DNA of 32,000 nt from positions 150,001-182,000 of the forward strand of contig CP064967.1 of the NCBI GenBank assembly GCA_016699265.1. The letters run 5' to 3'. How positions within the stretch are numbered: the first letter of the stretch is position 1; each line of letters starts with the position of its first letter. The position numbers and the translations under genes were made by a program. The notes below the pieces were generated by a model. That model searched no databases. It was not told the origin of the DNA and saw only the letters and a program-made list of their open reading frames with translations. The stretch comes from Candidatus Saccharimonadota bacterium (GTDB lineage: Bacteria; Patescibacteriota; Microgenomatia; UBA1406; GWC2-37-13). Positions 17,551 through 24,246 of this stretch are shown in pieces.

Positions 17551-18930
17551 TTAAGACTTCTTTTTGTAGTTAAATGAGAGAGTTACAAGGGTGGCGAGAA
17601 GAAGCAGAAATCCAAGATACTCAAGATATTGAGGCCAGAATATAGTTATCAGTTGTCGGTTTTCAGTCTTCAGATCCTGACCGCCGATATCTGTCGACTG
17701 ATTGCTCAATACCCAGCCGTTTTCCCAGTTATTCACCAATACATGATCCTTCAAAATTTGAAATTTGAAATTTGAAATTTGAAATTGGAATGCGATCCAA
17801 CCATCGTTAAAAGCAGAGCCGTTATGAAGTACCTTAAGTTCTTTTCGTACTCCCGAAACGTCTATCTGCGAAGCAAAATAATTGTAGTAAAGTGGATAGA
17901 TTGTCACGCTCTCAAGCTCATTTATTGTTTCATAGTCTCCATATGAGATGTTATCAATGTAAATGCCATACCCATGCCCAGACTCATAGGGTGGTATTAC
18001 AAAGTAGTCGTTAGTCATAACTGAGGAATGGGACAACTCATCGTATGTGTCACAAAGACTGGAGTATAGATTCTTTATGCAAAAACGGAGTGGTAGGCCC
18101 TTGATATTTTTTGATCTGAACCCAATCGCATAACCAAGATTGTGGGGGAATGTGTCGTTTTGCAATGCTATCCCGCGTGTAAAATTTTTAGTTCTCAGTT
18201 CAACGACAGATGTATTCCCATCCTTTTTCAGCGAGATAACGTTTGGTACCTGTTGATTTTTAATAATTCGTTCTGATGAGAATTTAATCGCGTGCTTTAA
18301 ATCGGAAATTGAGGCCGTGAGTTCAGGTTTTATTCTGTCGGTTTTGGTGAGAAAGTCGCGAAAAGGGTAATTGAAAAGCCTGGTGAGATGTTTGTTAGTA
18401 GTTATGTATTCTGGATGGTCAAGATATGCTTGGTCAATAAAATTCCAGCGATAGCTCGGCGAGATCTGAGTATTTATCTTAAGAATCTGAGGTTTTTTTG
18501 GCAAAACTACTTTATAAATCAGGATTGTACCAAACTGCCTAATTTTTTTAAGTTTTCCAGCCTGTGTGAGTTTCTTTATCGTATCTATAGTCTCGCGTTG
18601 GTACAAAATTTGATTTCTGTTTTTTTCAGTAGGCGTTATGACCGACGTATCCCAAACCAAATAACCAATGTCGTACTTTTCAAGAGAAGCGTAAAATTGA
18701 TTATAGTGTTGGCTATAGAGCGTGTACTGAAGCTCTCTAAACGATTGTTCATTGGCAATGCTCCAACGATCCGAGTCTCTATCAAGCACGGGTTGTTTCA
18801 TGCCAAACCAGATAAATCCAGAACCCTGATAGCCCTGCTTGCCGGTAGGCGTAGTCCAGTTGTAATACTGCCAACCTGAAAATGTATGGAGTGGAAGGGT
18901 GAGCACGGGCTGCATAGGTTGGGATTCCAT
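17551..18930 (-). CDS. Extracytoplasmic domain plus terminal TM; probably the C-terminal part of a split GT-C-like membrane protein
   Basis: There is no N-terminal signal. The C-terminal TM is YLGFLLLLATLVTL. The frame is open upstream to 18963. See the finding on frameshifts with 19074..20438. Confidence 0.55.
   Translation of the reverse strand: MESQPMQPVLTLPLHTFSGWQYYNWTTPTGKQGYQGSGFIWFGMKQPVLDRDSDRWSIANEQSFRELQYTLYSQHYNQFYASLEKYDIGYLVWDTSVITPTEKNRNQILYQRETIDTIKKLTQAGKLKKIRQFGTILIYKVVLPKKPQILKINTQISPSYRWNFIDQAYLDHPEYITTNKHLTRLFNYPFRDFLTKTDRIKPELTASISDLKHAIKFSSERIIKNQQVPNVISLKKDGNTSVVELRTKNFTRGIALQNDTFPHNLGYAIGFRSKNIKGLPLRFCIKNLYSSLCDTYDELSHSSVMTNDYFVIPPYESGHGYGIYIDNISYGDYETINELESVTIYPLYYNYFASQIDVSGVRKELKVLHNGSAFNDGWIAFQFQISNFKFQILKDHVLVNNWENGWVLSNQSTDIGGQDLKTENRQLITIFWPQYLEYLGFLLLLATLVTLSFNYKKKS
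17642..17675. repeat. Family E repeat, copy in a membrane-protein CDS
   Basis: The reverse complement, atctgaagactgaaaaccgacaactgataactat, matches 25473-25506 at about 30 of 34 positions. It encodes LKTENRQLIT. Confidence 0.75.
17754..17788. repeat. Tandem heptamer (AAATTTG)x4 plus one imperfect unit inside a CDS
   Basis: Read directly. On the minus strand it encodes QFQISNFKFQIL. The same motif family fills intergenic DNA at 6058-6100 and 3988-4075. Confidence 0.9.
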
Positions 18931-19073
18931 ATATTTCCAAAGTTCAAAGTAGTTGATGAGGAATTACAACCTTAAATTTATCGGAGATTAAATTACCTCG
19001 TAGTAAAGGAAATCCGTATATAAGAACGGCACAAATCAAAAGAAATATGGCGGGATAAGTTTGTTTCCTATTT

Positions 19074-20438
19074 TTAAACTTTGAGATGATCCATAGAAGA
19101 GCGTACGAAATAAATATAAGCGTATCCGAAAATTAATAGAATCGATAGTTTTGTAAAGACAAAACGGAGCGCCTCTTCAAAAACCGAAAATTTGAGAAGA
19201 ATATTAAAGAGCCAGCTGAATGGAGGAGTACTGTTCATAAGTAGCGTGAAAGGCAGTATGTAAAAGGGCAGTAGAGACTTCAAAACTCGGTTCTTTTCTT
19301 TTATCGCTAGGTAAATACCGAAAAGAGATAGAGCAAAAAATCCATATCCAACACTGGCAACGACGGGATTATTGAGATGATCTCGCCACTCAGGCATAAG
19401 GTACTCAAAACGATTTTTCTCAAAATTGAACACAGACCACTGAAAGTAGAAACCGCGTACAAGGGCGACATCCTGAATATAGCCATTTTCTTGATTGCGA
19501 ACTCGGTACTCCTGTGAGAAGATGCGATTCTGCTTACTTTCCTTGGGGACGGATGATGAGGTTGCTATGTAATAGATATTGGGGAGAAGCCATAAACTAT
19601 TTATAAGGAGTGTTAAAAGTAGAAGGGTTACTGCTTTTTTTGTCATCCCGAACTGTTTTTTGTCATCCTGATTGTTAGTGAAGGATCCAACGACCGAAGG
19701 TAGCGCATTGCCAGATTTTACTCCCGACGTTGCGTTGTGATAAGAATTACGATTTAAAACGGTATAAATAATTAGGAAGAGAAGGTAAACGCCAAAAAAT
19801 GCATACCAAAGATGGGCGGCATACGCCTGAGGCATGGCAAGTAGCGTTACTAATCCAAATAACCACAGATTTTTTTTGTTTGAACTGTGTTCTAGGTACT
19901 TTAGACTAAAAAGTACAATCCACGGTAGAGCCGCATACTGCGAAGTGAACATCTCAAACGGAGCGTAAAATTGCTGAACAGTACCGGGATTAAAGAGATA
20001 AAACAGAGAACCTATGAAGGCGACTGTGCTTGTAGCATAGAGCTTAGAACTTAGAACTTCCTCATGTTCTATGTTTCGAGTTCTACGTTCTAATATCTGC
20101 TTTAGAAGAAAGTACATTCCCAAAGGTCCAAAAAGTAAACAAAGAAAAACATAAAAATAGCGAAGAGAGCTAAGTGGAAGTGCAAAATGAAGCAACCAAA
20201 GTATGACTACTCGTGGTAGATCCGCCATGTGCGAGTGTCCAGCGACTGCCCCAAGACCTTGTTCCTCACGCCATACACCATTAAACATACGTTCGAAGTT
20301 GAGACTAAAGTTGAGCTCGGGATGAAGCGTATCCCATCCGGTTAAGAAGGTATTTGGCTTATAGGTGAGATAGGCTACGGCAGAAACAATGATAATGATA
20401 AGGATTGAGTAGATGTTTCTTTTTAAAAACCGTAGCAT
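19074..20438 (-). CDS. Polytopic membrane protein; probably the N-terminal part of a split GT-C-like (AftD/DUF3367-like) glycosyltransferase
   Basis: More than 10 TM helices. The early loop TGWDTLHPELNFSLNFERMFNGVWREEQGLG resembles the first periplasmic loop of arabinofuranosyltransferase-like GT-C proteins. Repeat-derived segments lie at 19642-19690 and 20041-20098. Confidence 0.55.
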   Translation of the reverse strand: MLRFLKRNIYSILIIIIVSAVAYLTYKPNTFLTGWDTLHPELNFSLNFERMFNGVWREEQGLGAVAGHSHMADLPRVVILWLLHFALPLSSLRYFYVFLCLLFGPLGMYFLLKQILERRTRNIEHEEVLSSKLYATSTVAFIGSLFYLFNPGTVQQFYAPFEMFTSQYAALPWIVLFSLKYLEHSSNKKNLWLFGLVTLLAMPQAYAAHLWYAFFGVYLLFLIIYTVLNRNSYHNATSGVKSGNALPSVVGSFTNNQDDKKQFGMTKKAVTLLLLTLLINSLWLLPNIYYIATSSSVPKESKQNRIFSQEYRVRNQENGYIQDVALVRGFYFQWSVFNFEKNRFEYLMPEWRDHLNNPVVASVGYGFFALSLFGIYLAIKEKNRVLKSLLPFYILPFTLLMNSTPPFSWLFNILLKFSVFEEALRFVFTKLSILLIFGYAYIYFVRSSMDHLKV

Positions 20439-20445
20439 CCGTTAA

Positions 20446-20697
20446 TTATCTCAGAATTCCTTTATCCTTAAGACACTGTTTATATACATCTGCAACTGGG
20501 TAGCTCACTTTTGTACCGGTCTTTTGATCTGTTTGCTCATATCGTGAAATCAAGGCACATTGATAAATCGCCTGATTTTTGAGATATGTGTCTATTCTTT
20601 TCAACGAGAAAAAAAGAGCAAAAGACAAAAAAATTACCAAAAGAAAAGAGCTCGCAGTGCGAGATACTATTTCAGGATTATTTTGTGTATTGTCCAT
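20446..20697 (-). CDS. Small membrane-anchored hypothetical protein
   Basis: N-terminal TM SFLLVIFLSFALFFSL and two Cys in the C-terminal part. It lies 7 nt upstream of the 20438 start, so it is likely co-transcribed. Confidence 0.5.
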   Translation of the reverse strand: MDNTQNNPEIVSRTASSFLLVIFLSFALFFSLKRIDTYLKNQAIYQCALISRYEQTDQKTGTKVSYPVADVYKQCLKDKGILR

Positions 20698-20736
20698 AGT
20701 TTTTTAACTTGTAATACCTCTGAACACAATAACTTA

Positions 20737-20793
20737 AAACATAGAACTTGAATCGTAGAACTTTTAAAGTGGAAAGTTCTACGCTCTATGTTT
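20737..20793. repeat. Nested palindromic repeat (family F) at the left edge of the GC-rich island
   Basis: The outer arms are AAACATAGA / TCTATGTTT. The inner arms are an 11-bp pair, CGTAGAACTTT / AAAGTTCTACG. It is related to 20041-20098 inside the neighbouring CDS. Confidence 0.8.
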
Positions 20794-20815
20794 CAAGATT
20801 GTAGTCAAGGGTAAG

Positions 20816-20903
20816 GCGACGATTGTTGTTTGTGATGTTTTTTGCTGCAGCTGGGGGGCTGGAGTTCCGACGGGGGTCGAGAACAAAACACAACAATCGT
20901 CGC
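20816..20903. repeat. 13-14 bp inverted repeat enclosing a ~60-nt GC-rich loop
   Basis: GCGACGATTGTTG(T) at 20816-20829 pairs with (A)CAACAATCGTCGC at 20890-20903. GGGTAAGG occurs on both sides (20809-20816 and 20909-20916). Confidence 0.75.
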
Positions 20904-21016
20904 GGTATGGGTAAGGAACTATTCCTCAAGTCTTCCTGGTTGGAAGTTCGTTTCGATTTGCATCGAGACAGGCTCTAGGCTTCGGGACCTAGGTTGAGGT
21001 AGCCTCTTTTGTGGTG

Positions 21017-22036
21017 TCACTTGGTGACTGTGGTCTCCAAAACGGAGATCAACGCATCGCCTGCATAGACGAGAACGCGAACGTTCACGCTATTACACCC
21101 TTGTGGTGTACCGCAGTTTGCACCGCTGTTGCCGGGATCACCGCTGTTCAGGACTTCGTCCGGATGAGCCATCGTGGGCATGTTCAGCATGTTCGCCGAA
21201 CCGTGGGAAACCAGTCCCCAGACACCCCATTCGAGTGCATCTCCGTTGAAGTACCGGCCTCGCAACGTGAATCCGTTGTCGAAGGAGTTGTCGCGGAACG
21301 TGTAGGACTGATCCATCACGTTGATGACGAGCAACAAGCAACCCTGATCCGAACCGACCATGCCGCACTCGAAACCTTCGAAGTTGTAGGGACCGCTGTA
21401 GTAGCGATACTCCCAAGCTCCGACGATGAAGTCGCAGGGATCGGTGTAGCAATACGGGCTGTCATACGTGCCGTACTCCATTCCGTCAGGAACCTGTGTG
21501 CCGTCGACGACGCGGAATTCCGGTACATCCGTGTTGGGGACGTTCGGGAATGTCTTCCACATCTCGGGGGCTGGGTCCTGCAGGCGGTCCATCCAGGCCA
21601 TCACGATCGGGTTTTCGGCGAGCCGTTCGGTTGCGTTGATTGTCCACGCTCCGTGGGTCTCCGTTGAGGAGAAGCTTGGTGTGGGCTTCATTGCGACCGT
21701 GTTGGCCGTTGCCGTTGTGACCGTCGTTGCCGTTGCCGTTGTGACCGTCGTGGCGGGTGTCATGGTGGTCGTTGCGGGCGTGACCGTCGTGTCGGGCGTA
21801 GCCGTCGTCGGGTCCGTGGGCGTTCCAGCGGTCGTGCAAAGGACGTTGGCGTCCTGCAGATTGCCGGGGTGCTTCACGTTCCACTGCTCGACCTGCGTCA
21901 CGCAGACGGGGTCCAGGTTGGACACTGCCGAGGTTCCGTTGTTCACGGTGATCGCGTTGAACGCGAGCATACCGAAAACGAGTGTAATCACCACACTGAG
22001 TGCGGTGTAGAAACCCTTTCTATTGGTGGGACGCAT
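21017..22036 (-). CDS. Island protein 1: secreted or membrane-anchored protein with a Thr/Pro linker and a Cys-containing C-terminal domain of unknown function
   Basis: GGAGG-5nt-ATG at 22036. TM/signal FYTALSVVITLVFGMLAF. The linker is TPTDPTTATPDTTVTPATTT.... The ~200 aa C-terminal domain has no motif I recognise. Confidence 0.7.
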   Translation of the reverse strand: MRPTNRKGFYTALSVVITLVFGMLAFNAITVNNGTSAVSNLDPVCVTQVEQWNVKHPGNLQDANVLCTTAGTPTDPTTATPDTTVTPATTTMTPATTVTTATATTVTTATANTVAMKPTPSFSSTETHGAWTINATERLAENPIVMAWMDRLQDPAPEMWKTFPNVPNTDVPEFRVVDGTQVPDGMEYGTYDSPYCYTDPCDFIVGAWEYRYYSGPYNFEGFECGMVGSDQGCLLLVINVMDQSYTFRDNSFDNGFTLRGRYFNGDALEWGVWGLVSHGSANMLNMPTMAHPDEVLNSGDPGNSGANCGTPQGCNSVNVRVLVYAGDALISVLETTVTK

Positions 22037-22245
22037 CACTACCTCCTTCGAGGGTTGTTCATGGTTTGAGCCGTGATGTGCTCTTAAGCCGACTAAGGGG
22101 AGTTCCCTTCCATGAGCCGATCACCATACGACAGTGACGTTGTTCGAGGTTGAGTCGAGCATGACGCTGTCACATTTACGGATTTTACTCCGAAGGACCC
22201 GATCTGTTTGATCGTTGGCGATATCCTATCGTCTTCACCTTGAGC

Positions 22246-22689
22246 TCAGCCGCAGGTAGCCACGAAATCCAGCCACTTGGCCGGGTCGGGGATGACGCTG
22301 TTGAGCTCTTCCACGTCGGCGACGCAGGTGTCGTAGTTCGTCTGGATGACGATCTCTCTGATCTGGTCGCGGTTGAAACCGGTGTCGTCCTTCTTCACGA
22401 AGACGATTGCGCCGAGGATCATGGTGAAGATCAGGCTGATCAGGGTCAGTCCGAGGGACTTCTGGACGTTCTTGGAGAGTTCATAGAGGCTCTCTTCGGT
22501 CGCTGCCAGGGGCATCCATGTGGCGTGATCCGCCGGGTTCAGGGTCTCGAGGTGGGCGACGATGCACTCCTTCAGAGCCTTCTTGGATCCATTGCTGGAC
22601 AGTAAGAGACCTTGTGCGCACCGACGCAAGACCTTCTTGTTGGTCTGCTCCTTGACCCATTGGATCAGTTCTTCGTTGGTGGGATTCAT
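22246..22689 (-). CDS. Island protein 2: single-pass membrane protein of unknown function
   Basis: AAGGA-6nt-ATG. The central TM is LGLTLISLIFTMILGAIVFV. It is preceded by conserved upstream module copy A. Confidence 0.65.
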   Translation of the reverse strand: MNPTNEELIQWVKEQTNKKVLRRCAQGLLLSSNGSKKALKECIVAHLETLNPADHATWMPLAATEESLYELSKNVQKSLGLTLISLIFTMILGAIVFVKKDDTGFNRDQIREIVIQTNYDTCVADVEELNSVIPDPAKWLDFVATCG

Positions 22690-22695
22690 AACACG

Positions 22696-22828
22696 TCCTT
22701 TCGACGATTAGTACTTGTCATCTCGACACGGTATCAGCGGGGTTGCTGAACCGATTTTACGGGATTGTCCGAAGACTTACCGTAGGACTGCAAGCTCGAC
22801 CGAAGTCGGCTGCGATGATCGTGCCCTG
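22696..22828 (-). promoter_or_regulatory. Conserved upstream module, copy A (putative promoter / structured leader)
   Basis: About 130 nt align with 23407-23534. It contains two hairpins and the RBS block CGTCGAAAGGA next to the start codon. See findings. Confidence 0.55.
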
Positions 22829-22842
22829 ATGGGGCCGTTGTA

Positions 22843-23400
22843 CTACAGCGTCGGAGGCAGCGTTAGCTGCGGCGGCGGCGATGTGGTCGTTGTCGGCGGC
22901 GATGTGGTCGTTGTCGGCGGCGATGTGGTCGTTGTCGGCGGCGGCTGTGTCGTCGTTGTCGGCGGCGGCTGTGTCGTCGTTGTCGGCGGCGATGTGGTCG
23001 TTGTCGTTGACGTTGTTGTCGTCGTTGACGTTGTCGTGGTGGTGGCCGGAACACACGAGTTCACGTTGAACTCTTGTTCTGACACATTCCCTGCGTGACC
23101 GTTCGTGTTCCAACTTGCTGACAAAACAACTGATCCTCCTTTCGAGAAGTCGAATGGGATCGTACCGTTGGTGTGAGTACCGTTCCAGACGAGCTGCTTG
23201 TAGGTGGTGACCTCCTTGTACACGATCTTGATCGTGATGGAGTTGCTGTTCGCGTCGGCGAAACCTTCGGTCTCATAGCTCACGCCTACGCAATCTGCGG
23301 ACAGGACGCTTGTGTGCGCACTGGCAATCCGGTTGGTGGTGAATACCATCAACATGTTAAATACAACGAGCCATACTAAGACTCTCTTTTTGCGTGTCAT
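22843..23400 (-). CDS. Island protein 3: secreted protein with a C-terminal (T4-5 S/Q P2-3)n repeat tail
   Basis: The ATG at 23400 is preceded by AAGGA-6nt, chosen by analogy with copy A. Signal peptide KKRVLVWLVVFNMLMVFTTNRIASA. The tail is TTTTSPPTTTTQPPP... Confidence 0.7.
   Translation of the reverse strand: MTRKKRVLVWLVVFNMLMVFTTNRIASAHTSVLSADCVGVSYETEGFADANSNSITIKIVYKEVTTYKQLVWNGTHTNGTIPFDFSKGGSVVLSASWNTNGHAGNVSEQEFNVNSCVPATTTTTSTTTTTSTTTTTSPPTTTTQPPPTTTTQPPPTTTTSPPTTTTSPPTTTTSPPPQLTLPPTL
22869..23045. repeat. Tandem 21/24-nt coding repeats (Thr/Pro tail of island protein 3)
   Basis: ggcggcgatgtggtcgttgtc x3, then ggcggcggctgtgtcgtcgttgtc x2, then further degenerate units. All other frames and strands give low-complexity shadow ORFs. 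Confidence 0.9.
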
Positions 23401-23406
23401 GGAAGT

Positions 23407-23534
23407 TCCTTTCGACGTTGTCATCTCGACACGGTGTCAGCGGGATTGCTGAACCGATTATACGGGCTTAAGACCAGAGGTCTATACCGTAGGACTGCAA
23501 TCTCGGCTGAGCCGGATGCGATGATCGTGCCCTG
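23407..23534 (-). promoter_or_regulatory. Conserved upstream module, copy B
   Basis: It aligns with 22696-22828. The differences fall in loops or bulges, or form compensatory pairs. Confidence 0.55.
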
Positions 23535-23547
23535 TTTGAAGAAAACC

Positions 23548-23622
23548 TCAGTGTCTGAAAAAATTCTTCAGAACTTGATGGAGCCTCCTTCGTCTCGATC
23601 GGTTGTAGTATCTACATCCCAT
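23548..23622 (-). CDS. Candidate 24-aa Arg-rich micro-ORF (MGCRYYNRSRRRRLHQVLKNFFRH)
   Basis: It has the best SD in the window, AAAGGAGGTGATT-ATG. It ends 13 nt before upstream module copy B, which mirrors the 14-nt gap between the stop of island protein 3 and copy A. It is very short and not verifiable from sequence alone. Confidence 0.25.
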   Translation of the reverse strand: MGCRYYNRSRRRRLHQVLKNFFRH

Positions 23623-24107
23623 AATCACCTCCTTTCGGTTGTGAGTGGATTTCGATTCTTGACCGAAGCGACCTTGTGACGGTTAGTTCCACGCGGAGCT
23701 CTATCTCTATGTGAATGACAAAGAACAAAGTTCAAATATCAAACAAAATCCAAAGTTCAAAAACTGAACAATTGATGAGAGAGCTACTACGACGTATGAC
23801 TAAAATAAAAATTCCGAATAAAAAAAAGAAAATAAACAAAACCAAAAATACAATTGAATGTGGGGCAGTACCTATGAAATAAAAATTAAAAACTAAAAAT
23901 TAAAAATTACATTCATAAACACCGTTCCACACTCAATGATCTTGATTGTGTTCGTTCCTTATACCCAAATTGTTAAAGAGCGTGATAATCGCTTATCCAT
24001 GCTTACGGATAAGTCACATCACTCTTACAAACACCTATGAACGTAAGGTTGCAGCAAGCTATCGCTGCTCTTACGAGCGTAAGTGCCTAGATTTTTAGTC
24101 CAGGGTT

Positions 24108-24134
24108 GAAAAGGTATGGGGCTCATACCTTTTC
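24108..24134. terminator. Hairpin terminator downstream of 24247..24924
   Basis: GAAAAGGTATG-gggct-CATACCTTTTC is an 11-bp stem with A/T tracts forming the stem ends, so it is usable on either strand. Confidence 0.5.
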
Positions 24135-24246
24135 ATCTCTAAACTGAAATGAAAAAAAGTATGAAGAATTTCTGAAGAAGGTTGATGTGTGGAGTTTGGG
24201 TAGTTTCGCCTTCGTTGCCCACACGATGGCCTTTCAGAAAAGCTTC

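Larger units (their letters stand above)
20792..23712. other. High-GC compositional island (candidate horizontally acquired segment or assembly artefact)
   Basis: Hand-counted lines give about 55-60% GC inside and about 33-42% outside. Inside there are GC3-rich codons and strong SD sites. The direct repeat CTCTATGT occurs at 20784-20791 and 23705-23712. Confidence 0.75.

Noticed and set aside
21011-22069. Plus-strand ORFs 21011..21667, 21468..22010 and 21869..22069, and nested minus-strand ORFs 21138..21452, 21316..21528 and 21486..21884.
   Set aside because: These are shadow ORFs of the kind typical in high-GC DNA. They overlap the 21017..22036 gene, which has a proper SD, a signal/TM segment and sensible domain organisation. 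The alternatives are Arg/Gly/Val-rich with no start context.
22240-22605. Plus-strand ORF antisense to island protein 2.
   Set aside because: It has no RBS and its composition is a mirror image of the minus-strand gene, which has the conserved upstream module and a TM helix.
22715-23113. ORFs in other frames or on the other strand across the Thr/Pro repeat: 22715..23098 (+), 22757..23113 (-), 22863..23054 (-) and 22881..23069 (+).
   Set aside because: They are low-complexity translations (VVVGGD, RRQRR, DNDHIAA) of the 21/24-nt tandem repeat. Only the frame giving signal peptide + domain + TTTTSPP tail has an SD and a coherent N-terminus.
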